Source of the DNA: Aplysia californica
Lineage: Eukaryota
Direction of reading: 5' to 3'
DNA: 64,000 nucleotides
Assembly (NCBI RefSeq): GCF_000002075.1
Contig: NW_004797311.1
Span: 773,412 to 837,411 of the forward strand
The number at the start of each line of letters is the position of its first letter. Position 1 is the first letter of the stretch. Shown here one piece after another: positions 40,001 to 51,300 of the stretch. Made by a program: the position numbers and the translations under genes. The notes under the pieces are model-generated. The model ran no database searches. It was not told the DNA's origin and worked only from the letters and a program-made list of their open reading frames with translations.

Positions 40001-41102
40001 GGGCTCAAAGAAACATCTTAAAAAATATGGCGGGGTGTGGGGGGATTTATTTGTGACGGATATTATTTTGAAAATACATGTATGTGTAAAAAGGAATCAG
40101 ATGAAAATAAGCAAGAAAAGCTCTTACTTCCATTTCATCTATATATGAGCATGAGACGGAAGTGAACATAACATAATAATAATAATACTGCAAAATCGTT
40201 TTGGAAAGCCTCATTACCAAAATATTGCCGATTTGGATGCCCATTAAATGGACTCAATCAATCAGGTTGATTTTATTGATGTTACACCCTGGGCTATACG
40301 TTCTCTCTGACCGTCTAGACCCTGGGGTGTTGAATTTTACCTGTGCCAGCCAACAGGATGATTTTTGTGTTAGATATAGGCCTAATTACAGCTGAAAAAA
40401 TTATCCAACAACCACCTGTTAAAGATAATTACCTGAATAAACGGCCACTTCCCCCCCCCCCCCCCCTGTTTTAACCCATAATTTGATAAGTTGCGGTTAC
40501 ATTTGAAATTTTCCTGAAAATAATTGATAAGCGACAGTTTTAGTTAGTGGCTTTATGTGGGATCTGCTGCAAACACAGTACTGCAGTTTGACCCCCGCGC
40601 CGAACAGTGTTTCTGTGCGCGGGAGTGAAAGTAAAAATTTACCGTATTATTCATAAGGCAGGTATACCATCATATAAACGCAGTCCTCGATTTAATCAGT
40701 TTAACTTAGATCTAGTAATATTTTCTCTTATGTCAGAGACACTGGAAACTGTCACTGGCTTTGTACTGCACTAGATCTAGTCTTGGCACTTCGCTAATTA
40801 TTGTAGTTATAATAAGTTACAGATCTAGAATCTAGTATAGAACTAGATCTAGATTTCTAGATCTAATCTAGATCTAGATCTAGATCTAGATCTAGATTCT
40901 AGCCTAACCTAACCTAGGCCTGAACTGTCAGTGAGTGACCATGGCATGGACATCATCATGCAGACGCTTCTATTCACTTCATTCAAAAGCAGTTGACAAC
41001 AGTAGGACGTTACTTACAATGGCACGGTCTTTCTGAATCACTCTTGTGATTTTTCAGCATATTCTGAATAAACTGTTCTTGAAATTTTCTTCTCGAAGTC
41101 AT
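31082..41102 (-). CDS. EFCAB1: Calaxin / EF-hand calcium-binding domain protein 1 (NCS-like, outer dynein arm-associated), 7 exons, 218 aa
   Basis: Minus-strand exons 41102-41018 (MTSRRKFQEQF..CH), 37699-37553 (FSALEI..RFRDELHKSFQITDDFLMDR), 36023-35919 (IFRAFDKGSKGY..GLSTLLVGNLEDQMK), 35654-35569 (YCFQVYDLNSDGYISREEMFHLLK), 34871-34806 (QSTEEDPDEGVKDLVETALKKL), 33052-32948 (DCDHDGRVSYPDF..LMLECLGTCLPNDK) and 31144-31082 (SKKAFLQLIRGEGGCEMWQR*). All are GT-AG with matching phases, 657 nt in total. Motifs TDD.MDR, DLN.DG.IS.EEM and EEDPDEG.KDLVE match calaxin/EFCAB1. Confidence 0.93.
31925..32166 (+). mobile_element. Retroposon 3'-end copy (same family as 49031-49214)
   Basis: Shares ctcatatgaccttatgcagttgtgagcgccgtaaaacctctattaaaacaaacaaa and the upstream pyrimidine-rich block. 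Carries an extra ~110-bp internal segment. Confidence 0.65.
32333..32854 (+). mobile_element. 5'-truncated RNase H-containing non-LTR retrotransposon (I/Nimb/Ingi-like) 3' end
   Basis: ORF 32233-32838 contains the end of RNase H (NRADTLGKRG), TTIFRQRTEH and a C-terminal zinc knuckle CPLC..ETVDHHLFHC. (ACA)n tail at 32838-32854. Flanking duplication ATCAAGGT at 32325-32332 and 32855-32862. Confidence 0.8.
33535..34561. mobile_element. Non-autonomous piggyBac-like DNA transposon, 1027 bp
   Basis: Perfect 13-bp terminal inverted repeats CTCATTCGCTACG / CGTAGCGAATGAG, flanked by TTAA on both sides (33531-33534, 34562-34565). No transposase ORF. Confidence 0.8.
34600..34733. mobile_element. Small degenerate TTAA-type MITE remnant
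   Basis: Imperfect inverted ends aacacttatccccacgg / ccgtgggggcaaagtgtTAA. Confidence 0.4.
36310..36744. mobile_element. MITE (~430 bp) with TATGTG..GGTGAAATCAGGCGCT-type inverted ends
   Basis: The ends atatgtgaggcatcgtggtgaaatcaagcgctcgtc and gatgagcgcctgattccaccacgttgtgacatat are inverted repeats. A diverged copy in the opposite orientation lies at 43098-43519 (and 39193-39614). Confidence 0.7.
37455..37538 (-). mobile_element. Terminal fragment of a Tc1/mariner-type MITE
   Basis: The reverse complement begins TACAGTGGAATCCTGTTATAACGAG, with an internal palindromic ctataacgag/ctcgttataac. It ends ~14 bp from the calaxin exon 2 donor. Confidence 0.45.
39111..40465 (+). repeat. Apparently exact ~1.35-kb duplicate of 43016-44370, probable misassembly
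   Basis: Constant offset of 3905 (ORFs 40047/43952 and 40201/44106 are identical). The copy starts immediately after a 100-N gap and ends in a poly-C run. Confidence 0.9.
40822..40901. repeat. Self-complementary (AGATCT/TCTAGA)n microsatellite
   Basis: Run of tctagatctagatctagatctaga with degenerate flanks in calaxin intron 1. Confidence 0.85.
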
Positions 41103-41189
41103 GATTGTTGGAGGGGGCTTTGTCGAGACTGAAGCAACACCAATTTACACCAATCGCATTTGAAAAAGGAAGTATACAAATGGAGTATT

Positions 41190-41215
41190 GTTGCCATGTA
41201 AGCTGCGCATGCTCA
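41190..41215 (-). promoter_or_regulatory. RFX X-box-like motif plus adjacent NRF1-like motif upstream of calaxin
   Basis: 41190-41203 reads GCTTACATGGCAAC on the minus strand (consensus GTTNCCATGGNAAC: perfect right half, 2 mismatches). 41204-41215 reads TGCGCATGCTCA (NRF1 consensus TGCGCATGCGCA, 1 mismatch). Both lie ~90-110 bp upstream of the ATG of a motile-cilium gene. Confidence 0.55.
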
Positions 41216-41483
41216 GTGGATACAAATCAAGCCAGTGATTTTTGTACCGAGACAGATCAAAATTAATAGTAGTCTACATGCAAAGAAAAAAAAAATCCCA
41301 AACAAGTATATAAAAAAAATCATTTTCATTTTACACTATCTTGACATACTGTGCATCTTTAAAGTAACTAGATCTAAAGCTCAAAGATTTGTTGAGCTTC
41401 TATATTTTTATTTATTTTCCAAGTTTACATGATTAAAGACGAATGTACAAAAAGCCAAGTGATTACAAAAAATATTTAAGGAT

Positions 41484-41555
41484 ATCACGTGATTATATCA
41501 TATGACAAAGATCTCAGTGATTGTTTTGTATTGAAAGTGAAACTCCACTGTGAGT
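41484..41555 (+). promoter_or_regulatory. Candidate GALC promoter and non-coding exon 1: CLEAR/MiT-TFE E-box, initiator-like TCAGT and splice donor
   Basis: Palindrome ATCACGTGAT at 41484-41493, TCAGT at 41514-41518 and donor GTGAGT at 41550-41555. GALC needs an upstream exon because its ATG exon starts after a polypyrimidine-CAG acceptor (45219). Confidence 0.4.
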
Positions 41556-42202
41556 AAACAATTTGATGTTTGGTTCCCTTTTAGGAATTCCTTAAAGAGT
41601 TGTCCACGTTTTGCAAAGACCCATCGATATCCAAAGAATATTTAATGACATTTTCAGTGTTGTTGCTATTCTTCAAGGTCGATTTTTAAAACCTTTCCTT
41701 ATCATACATCCTGGTTTCTGATTACCGGGTACAGAATTCAGACCTCAGCCTCAGTGGCTGCACTGTTGGCGTTGTGGCCTTGGCCAACTGCTTCTTTGTT
41801 TATACTGTTAGTGATGTTGCTTATCTGACTTTGAACTTTGGTCTACGGAAACGAGCATCCTTCCTCTTTGCCTGTAACTATATTTCTCATTTTAGACTTT
41901 ACGGTGACGGTGTCTTCCTGATTGTGGGGCTGAGAGGTTAAGTAGCATTGGTAGCCTGTTTTGTGTGCTTGGAGAAATTAAGGTCCCGCACCTCAACCGG
42001 GCTGCGAGTTGTCGAAAATTTTGGATAGCTAATCTAGATCTATTGCAGAAATAAGGGCATATAGGCCTATATATTCTTGTAGCAAATTCAATGCTGAACT
42101 CGCTGATTAAAAAAAATTTGCAATTTATAGTTTTCAAAAAGTGGTTTTGAAGATATGTCACATTTTATAAGGGGTGTAAAAACAATTCAATAGAGAAAAC
42201 AG

Positions 42203-42835
42203 AGTGTCTATGTACACAGTAAATGGGCGCCTAGCCTCAGTGTCTACGTACACGGTAACCGGCAACCGGGCATGAGTCTCAGTGTCATGTACACAGTAAC
42301 CCTGCATGTAGCCTCAATATATCTACGTACACGGTAACGGGCAACCGGGCTCGTACTCAGTGTCACGTACGCGGTAACCGGGCAGTTAAGAACTCCAAGT
42401 TCAGTTTTTGTCATCCGGTGCTTGCCTTCATCCCCACCCCTCCTCCGACTGTAGGCCTACCTTTTAATTAAAAAATCAATAATATCCCCCCCATTCCGGA
42501 GCCCTATACCTATACTTCGCAGCGCACCGACTTTGAATGAATTTCTGTGACCCCAACCGGTACTCACTTAATGTGATACACTCATGCAGGTTCACTGACT
42601 GGTCACGATTGCGAGCCCGACAAGACACTTGTATGACTTTTTCTTTTCTTCAGCAAGTGACAGCACAGGACAAAATGTTGATTTATTTTCATTCTGGTTA
42701 CCGTGTACGTATATATACTAATATACTGAGACTAGGTGCCCGGTTACCGTGTGTAGGTAGAGATACTGAGTCTAGGTGAGACTAACTAGGTGTCCGGTTA
42801 CCATGTACATAGATACTGACGTTACGTGCCCGGTT
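42203..42835. repeat. Foldback-like inverted minisatellite arrays (35-43 bp unit)
   Basis: Five units of ~agtgtctacgtacacggtaaccgggca..ctc at 42203-42384, and 3-4 reverse-complement units (ggttaccgtgtacgta..tactgag) at 42696-42835, around a ~310-bp spacer. Confidence 0.75.
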
Positions 42836-43097
42836 TCTAGTTTCTAGTTAATTTTAACCTTTGATGAAAATCATGATGATGAACAATGTGCTGCAAATAA
42901 CTAATGAGAAAATATTTAACCCTGAAATATTATAAAATCCTTTCAATGTCTCATTGAGAAATGGTTAAATGTGTGCTTTCTGATGGACCACAATTTTTGA
43001 CTAAGTAGGGCGCTACAAATATTTGGACCTTTTCACTCATGATCCAAGCTGCCTTATAGCTTTGCCGACAAATGGCTCCAGGCACACACACATGTAT

Positions 43098-43519
43098 TAT
43101 GTGTCATCGACGCAGTGAAATCAGGCGCTCGTCAATTTTTGGGCATTGTTGAGTTAATGGTGTAATCCTGTTAAGCTTCCTTGTCTTACGTATGATGAAA
43201 AAAACACCCATATAATCTTGAATAGAAGTCGAGATATTTCCCTGATTGAAATGAGGTCACCTGTTTTCTGAGGTAAATTTATCGAGAAAATGGCCGCCAA
43301 AATTTGGTAACTTCCATAGTTTGAGAGTCCTTGGGAAACGAAAATTTACATTTTTTGTGCCTATGACAAATTTGTTTTTAATTTAAAATAGACATATAAA
43401 AGGTGTTGAGCCAAAAAATAAAAATTGGGGAAAAAATTGCCAAACCCGCAGAAAAATGAAGTTTTCTTCAATTTCATTATTCTGACAAGCACCTGATTTC
43501 ACCAGGATGCCCCACATAT
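43098..43519. mobile_element. MITE, same family as 36310-36744, opposite orientation
   Basis: tatgtgtcatcgacgcagtgaaatcaggcgctcgtc ... caagcacctgatttcaccaggatgccccacatat. The identical copy at 39193-39614 lies inside the suspect duplication. Confidence 0.7.
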
Positions 43520-44291
43520 TTTAGCACACAGATGTTTTCCTCACTCTTGTAATTTGAGAGAGTTTAAGGGATAAGTCGATAAGTTAACTTAAAAATTTCC
43601 CAGCTTTAAATTCTTCTGATCCTTGAAATTCTGGTAAATTTTTACTTTTGCTCCAACACACAGATGCACACTGCCTTTCGGGGCCTAAACACCATATTCG
43701 GCTGTAGAACACACATTTATGTGGCCTCTAAAACTGTCGTAAATGCAAATTGTTTTCAAGAAAATCTCAAATCTAATTGCTAAACATCAATTATGGGAAA
43801 ATGACTAGATTTGGAAATATTTTATGTTGTTAATTGGAACTAAATCACACTAATTTAAGCCTCTATTATATGCATAGTAATATTGCGTGTTTTAAAAAAT
43901 CTGGGGGGCTCAAAGAAACATCTTAAAAAATATGGCGGGGTGTGGGGGGATTTATTTGTGACGGATATTATTTTGAAAATACATGTATGTGTAAAAAGGA
44001 ATCAGATGAAAATAAGCAAGAAAAGCTCTTACTTCCATTTCATCTATATATGAGCATGAGACGGAAGTGAACATAACATAATAATAATAATACTGCAAAA
44101 TCGTTTTGGAAAGCCTCATTACCAAAATATTGCCGATTTGGATGCCCATTAAATGGACTCAATCAATCAGGTTGATTTTATTGATGTTACACCCTGGGCT
44201 ATACGTTCTCTCTGACCGTCTAGACCCTGGGGTGTTGAATTTTACCTGTGCCAGCCAACAGGATGATTTTTGTGTTAGATATAGGCCTAAT

Positions 44292-44479
44292 TACAGCTGA
44301 AAAAATTATCCAACAACCACCTGTTAAAGATAATTACCTGAATAAACGGCCACTTCCCCCCCCCCCCCCCTTTTGTGGTTTCTTCTATTCCAATGATACT
44401 ATGCAGGAAGACCACTGTCAAATATGAACACTTTTCTCCTTAGCATAAATTGGTTGTCTTAGACAGGTTCAACTCTGTA
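44292..44479. mobile_element. Degenerate Tc1/mariner-type MITE (TA-CAG...CTG-TA)
   Basis: Starts tacagctgaa..caacaaccacctg and ends ggttgtcttagacaggttcaactctgta. Internal repeated gaccact/accacct motifs. Confidence 0.45.
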
Positions 44480-45229
44480 GATTCTCTATGATAATTTCCA
44501 TTTCAAGCTTTCGTTATGCATTTTTTTTTCTTCTCTCTGCTTTACCTTTTTTTATGTCTTGGTGAAGTCCTCCACTTTGGAAATGATTTATTATGTCTTG
44601 GAAGATTAAAACTTAGGTTAAAAAAACGTTTAAAACACTGATCTTTTTAATAGTTATTTTATGAGGACTTTACACTGTTCCTTAGTGTTGCTTTAAAATA
44701 ACAACAACGAATTCACCATTGTTAGCGTAAGCATGTTTGATTTCTCCGACCGATATATGTGAAAAAGTTTATTTGTCCTCGTTTTACCAACTTGTAAATG
44801 ATGCCTCCTGTTCTGTTATCCTCTTTTGAATTTTTCTTTTCTGTGAAAACTATACCAAAAAAAACCCTTTACTTTTGAACTTAATGTAATTTTGAGATAA
44901 TTTTTTTTTTATTATAAGGAAGATATCTTAATATTAACATTTAATTCCTGAAAGATGTAATTGTGAGTTTATCACACACTTCAGCAAGTGCCATCATTAC
45001 TCATACCCCTGAAAATGGCGTGTTAGCTTGGGGTGGGGGTGGGGGGGGGGGGGAGCCATAAGGGGAAATTGCTCTGGCGATTAATATTTTTCTGCTGATT
45101 TCTGCCATGGAAATTAATTCACTTTTTACGTACACGAAAACTTGAATACATGAGCATATGCTCCGAATTAAATCTGAAATGATTTTTAAACATGTGGTTT
45201 TTTGGGTTTTTTTTTTCAGTTGACTAATT

Positions 45230-48167
45230 ATGCAGTGGATCCCTATACATGTCCTGGCCTCACTGGTGGTATGGCTTCAGCTACCTAGCACAGTTTTGTC
45301 TCAATATGTTATTGATGATTCAAGAGGTGTTGGGCGTCAGTTTGATGGCATTGGTGGCTTGAGTGGAGGATCAGTAAGGATGCAACTTACTTATTTTATT
45401 TAATTTGTTTATTATGTTAACAATACAGCTACATAATCACCATGCAGACATGCTAATGTACTTCTTATAAAAATCACACTCTTTGAGACCAGTTATTTTA
45501 ATCTGATCATTCATTTATACTTTGTAAGTTAAAAACTCCACCCTTGGAAATCTGAACAGTTTTTTTTAACCCATCCTCCGTTATCCCACCCCTCTCTACC
45601 TTCCATTGTGTGACTGCCCTGAAAGTAGGGACTTTGAGATGCTCAATTGATATTTTATCAAATTTTTTTTCCTGTTCTTCTATTCTCACTTGCAAATGTC
45701 ACCTCTACATTGTCATGAGCTTTTTTAACAAACACTAGTGGTTTTAATTTTCAGGCAACTTCAAAGCTGTTGATTGGTTACCCTCAGAAGCAACGGGATG
45801 AAATTCTTGACTACTTGTTTAAGGTACATATTGCTATAATGTGTTCTTGATAATGTCTATGCTAATATAAGTTTGGCGTACAATTTTAATTATTCTTCTC
45901 TGAACTTTAAAGATCTTTTTTCAATGTAAAAGGAAACAGCATTATTTAATAACCTTTCTGCCACTAGTATAGCTTTCCTTGTATATCTGTATTTTACTTA
46001 TCTTAAGAAACTTTGTAGTTAACTTTAAATAAACAATTGTTATTGACTGGAATTTTATTTTTCAGCCCAGCTTTGGTGCCTCACTTCAAATTTTGAAAGT
46101 AGAAATAGGAGGAGATGCTCAGGCATCTGGTAAGTTTGTCAGTTACATGCAAAATGGGAACTTGCAAATTCTGTAATCTTTGTTTTCTTTTTATTTAATG
46201 AATATGTGTTGCCTTACTTACTTTACTTTTACTCTTTTAACCCTCCCCAATTGAGCATACCAATTACCAAAGTCCTTAGAGAAAACTTATAGATTTACAC
46301 TGCCTCAGGCTGTGACACGCCAAGGAGCCTATAATAATATGATTAAACACTTTCTGAAATTGTTATCATGTAAACTATGTCTCAAACAATAATCCTAAAT
46401 CACTTTTCACATACAGAATGCTCAGTTAAAATTCTTTTGCCCTCTTTTGCAACAATAAACCCCAGTATGTTCAGTTTGTGAGACCATAGTTCAAATCTAA
46501 ACTGCAATCATTTGTAGTTGTTGGAAACAAGGTATTATAAATATATGAAAAAAAATTGAAATTATCTTTCACATTTTATCATCTGTTCAGTGTATGACTC
46601 CATCATACTTCACTTTATAAAATGGTGTATGGCAGAGTCTTATGCCTAGCGGTCGACATGTATTTATACCGAACATTGTGTTTCAGATGCAACTGAAGCA
46701 TCCCACATGCATGTGCCTTGGGAAGAAAACTATGAAAGAGGTTACGAATGGTGGCTTATGAAAGAGGCAAAAAAGGTTTGCAAAATGTTGTGTCACTAAT
46801 ACTGTGTTTGGGCACATTTGAGTGAACTGACGGTGAATAGAAACAGGAGTGAGAAAGTGTTTATGTAGAAAGGGGTGTCATTCTCTTTCGGGTTGTTCCT
46901 TTCCAGTTTTGAGTTTTGAGTTCATTCCCTAATGACCTGGAAGTTTGCACTTTTGTTTCATGTTTTCTCCCTGAAATTCCTTGTGTACTTTGAATCCAGA
47001 GATTTGCCTTTCGGGATAGGGGAAAAACAATAGCTTAAAAAAAACTGGTCTATTTTTTTTCTGTGTGCATCTTTCACATATTATGTCAAAGACTTTTGCA
47101 CTCCATAGTACGAAAAAGAAAGCTTACATTTTGACAGAAGAATAAAAAAGCCCGGGTCAAATGTAAATGATTTACAGAATATTAAAAACCAGCATATTAT
47201 TAATCTTCCCTGAAAAGAAATAAACTTTACTCACGGTAGTAAAAGTCAGGTATGTAATGTCAGCTGAAATTTGTAGTTTAAAACTCTGTGTCTCGAACCC
47301 CTTGGATAGAGAGAGGTAACAGCAGGTATAAAAGAAATGAAAGAGAAGTAAGCTAATAATAAGTCATGTTCATTAGATTATAAAAGACCTGATAGAATTT
47401 ACTTCATTTTGTTGAATGACCGTGATTGATTTTATAGAAATTTTACAATAGTTACGGAAAAAAGTTAAGCCTTGGTTTTTGTATCTTTAATTTGTCATAG
47501 CAAAATTGTAATGGAAAAGCAAGAATCTCAATCTTCACACATCTATGAGCATTGTAATGACATGTAAGCTGAATTTAGGTTTTAAAGTATGTCAAGTAGA
47601 TGATACTTTGAAAATGGTTGTATGTCTCTGCCTTTTTAATGTAAATGTGAATCTGTACTTAGTTTATTCTTTTACATGTTCCCAGTTCTTGTACTGGAGA
47701 TTTGCAAAAAAAACCCCCACAAATTAAATATTGTATGAACTGGCAAAAGTAAAGATACGATAGTTTGTAAGGTATGTGATTAACTTATCTTTTTATCTGA
47801 TTTTAGCGGAACCCTCAGATCAAGCTGTATGGTTTGCCTTGGGCCTTTCCAGGCTGGATAGGAAATGGCACTCAGAACCCTTACATTAACAGAGAGCTGC
47901 TGGCTGACTACATATATAGATGGATCAATGGTGCAAAGGTGCAACACAATCTGGATATTGACTACATTGGGGTAAGTCTCTATACAGTGTTGATCCTCCT
48001 CCACTAAATGATTGTGAAAGGCTCATAGGGACCCTCCGCCTATCCTTTTGTCACTCTGTCTGTTCACCTGTTTTTCTGTCTGTGCCAAGTATGCATACTA
48101 CCACAAACGTGAATGCTGAGATACACATTTTTTCTCTTGCGTGCGCGTGCGCATGCACACACGCACG

Positions 48168-48220
<53 letters not shown>

Positions 48221-48320
48221 NNNNNNNNNNNNNNNNNNNNNNNNNNNNNNNNNNNNNNNNNNNNNNNNNNNNNNNNNNNNNNNNNNNNNNNNNNNNNNNN
48301 NNNNNNNNNNNNNNNNNNNN

Positions 48321-48377
<57 letters not shown>

Positions 48378-51300
48378 GTATAACCGTGATTATGTTTGAC
48401 AGAGATCTCTACTTTCAGTTAATAAATTAAATGGAATCAAACACTCATATTTAATGTTGTAAAAAGGCCTATTGCAAATTATGTACATATCTCACTGAGC
48501 GCACAAATTTCAAGCCTGATAAGTGTTACTTATTTCACTGATGCTATCGTAGGCAACATTTATGTCAAATTTTAAATTCTTAAACTTATTGAGAGAGGAT
48601 TTTTTCAGAATTGTAAAATGAAAGACCAAATTCATGTTGTGTGTTCTTTTTTCATCTAAATGTTTTATTCTCTTTTTAAATATGCTTGATTTATTAATAT
48701 TTGAATGAGAGATGATGTCTAGCTTAAATAATACCAATGCAATAAAGGTATGGACAACAAAAATTGGTACTGGAAGACGAATGTTCTATTCTGTATTCAT
48801 TGAGCATCCACTTGCATCTCTTTGCTCGTTTCAGATCTGGAATGAAAGATATTGCGACACAGAATACTTGAAGGTATGAGAAGTACACTCAATCTTCATG
48901 TCTTTTTGTTTCCAATCTAATGGAGATATCTGGTGTTCAAACCATACTGTTAGTTGTTCATATAACAATAGATAATAGCAGCCATTGCATGGTGGGTCTT
49001 AGAACTATATGTTGGGCATAGATTGAAAGTGGGTTGTGGCGGGTGCTCTGGTGTGGTTTGCTCCATAATCCTTCTTATCAAACATCTGTCATCCTTTTCT
49101 CCCCTCCTTCTTTTTTATGTTTGTTACTCTCTTGTAACACGTCTAATCTTCTGGTGCTCATATGACGACCTTATGCAGTTGCGAGCGCCGTAAAACCTCT
49201 ACTAAAACAAACAAATAGATTGAAAGTATGAATCTCAAAGAAAGGAAATTTTAAACTTATTATTATTACAGGTTTAAAGTTGTAGCCTTAGAAATATCAC
49301 AACAAAATGAATTAAAGCCCTTTTGAAAATCCAAAGAATGTTATAGCTTTAAAAAATATTTTTCAGAATAATGCATTATGTTGGCTACTTGTCTTTAGAT
49401 TTTAGTTGTGATAATTTCCTCTTACCATTTTCATAATTTAAATCTTTAACTTTATTCAGTATTTAAGTTTCCTTGTCTGTATCTTTAGTCCGTGTCAAGT
49501 CAAAGACATTCAGGTATGGTTTAACTAAGGTTTAGTGCATGATTCACCTAATATGACTACACACGTGCATGCTGACAACAGTAGACTACAGCATATTTTC
49601 TTCTCATTATTTCCTTCAGTTTGTGTGGATTTTTAAAAATGAAAAATGTTGATCAATGCCCTATTTATGAGATCTTTTGAAAATATGTTTAAAAAAAAAA
49701 AAAATGTTGAGCCAAACATTTTTTTTGGTTAATTGGGTTATTTAGTAAAATATTTTTGGCATTATTGCAGATTTTACGGAAAACTTTGGATAAAAAGGGC
49801 TATTATCAGACGAGTATTGTAGCATCAGATAACTGGTTCGACCCAAAAGTAACAGGAGACACAAGTGTTGTTGCAGCTTTTGACGTTCTAGGGTTTGTTG
49901 GACATTTTCTTTCTCTAGCTTGCAACCCTTGAGAGTTCCCCCTTACAAAGCACATTTCTTTTTTTTTCTTTTATTTTTCTCTTGAGGTGGATATCTTTTT
50001 GTACTAAATAAAGAATACTGCACTCGTATCAAAATGCCTAAATGAGAAAGACATTGGAAATTGTTGATAAATCACAATTAAATTAGCTCATGATTAGTCA
50101 TTCTTTTCATTTTCGTATAGCAGTTTAGGGCAATTCTAAATGTTATTTCTAATCTCGCATATTTTTTGTTTTGAATTCTGGAGTTTTATTTTAATAAATG
50201 ACAGTATATTCAGTTTTGTAATATGTTCAGGAGAGCCCCCCCCCCCCCCCCCCCCATTTTTGCCTCCCAACAGCCAGTTGTTTTAAATATCTTGAAAACA
50301 TTTTCATCACCTTGTTTATGAAGGTATTGATACCAGACTATGGCAGAAATGTGTGCTGTGTTTTAAACTATCAGGTGGAATCCATAACTCAATTTCGTAA
50401 GATACACTGTCTTTTACAATAAAACTCCAGAATTGTACTGTTAAAGCTTTGCTCTTTGTACCATTACAATAAAATTAAACACTGTCAGATGATACCTTTT
50501 TCTTTCTTGTCATCAGTTTATTAGATTGTTTACAGATTCAACACATGTTTTCTTCTATGAAATAAATAAGCATTTTACTGTTAGAATCAGGATAATATCT
50601 GCTTTTATAATTAGAAACAGTTATAACATATGTCTATATTTTTTCTTTCTTTGGTTGCGCTTGTCCTGAAGGGGCAGATTAAGCTTACTTCTTGTACTGT
50701 CTCAACTGTATCTTTTTAACTTGTGTGTACTTTATTGTTATTCAACTAAATTATGCACCTGTATATTAACTTTTGAAAATCTGAAGGTGAAAATGAAAAT
50801 TGCAACATCAAAGTGTCATTTTTCTTTGGGAAAAAAACAACTTCCAATGGAAAATTAAAGAAAGAAAGAGTGAGCACAAGAATTGGACATAAATAACAAA
50901 CATGCTAAGTATCTTGGTAATAATAAGCTGTTGAAGTGATTGAAACAATACCGGGAATATAATAAAATGTGTTTGTAATCAGTTTTTTTCATTTGTTGTA
51001 GCTCACATAAAATCACAAGTTCTTATTTCTTTAAAGAAAACACTGCAGTAGATGTTCGTTAATCAATAACTGGATGAGTAGACTTAATCCTTTAGTATAA
51101 GGTAGGTGAAAAGAAGTCCTGACTAGTTGCTTTGAACACCCGTAGGGCTATTCAGTTGTTACAAAATTCCATACGAAAACAATGATTCAGAATGCAGAGT
51201 GTGATTCATTTGTTCGCACCCGGCAAAATTTCACATGTATAGAGTATTTGCTTGTCCAAGTGGTGTTCTTACTGGCAGTAATACACTTTTGGCACTTGTA

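Noticed and set aside
41580-42161. Minus-strand coding-looking stretch upstream of calaxin (ORF 41892-42161 and neighbours)
   Set aside because: Frames are short and stop-interrupted, with no recognisable domain or splice pattern.
42203-42384. CRISPR-like array of ~36-bp units
   Set aside because: The units are contiguous and degenerate with no unique spacers, there are no cas genes, and the context is eukaryotic. It is a minisatellite.
2350-48430. Long ORFs in the track made of X runs or HT/CV/RE/SL/poly-P repeats (e.g. 7940-9196, 15349-17166, 10448-10828)
   Set aside because: They are translations of N-gaps and microsatellites. Only the embedded HGSNAT exon pieces are real.
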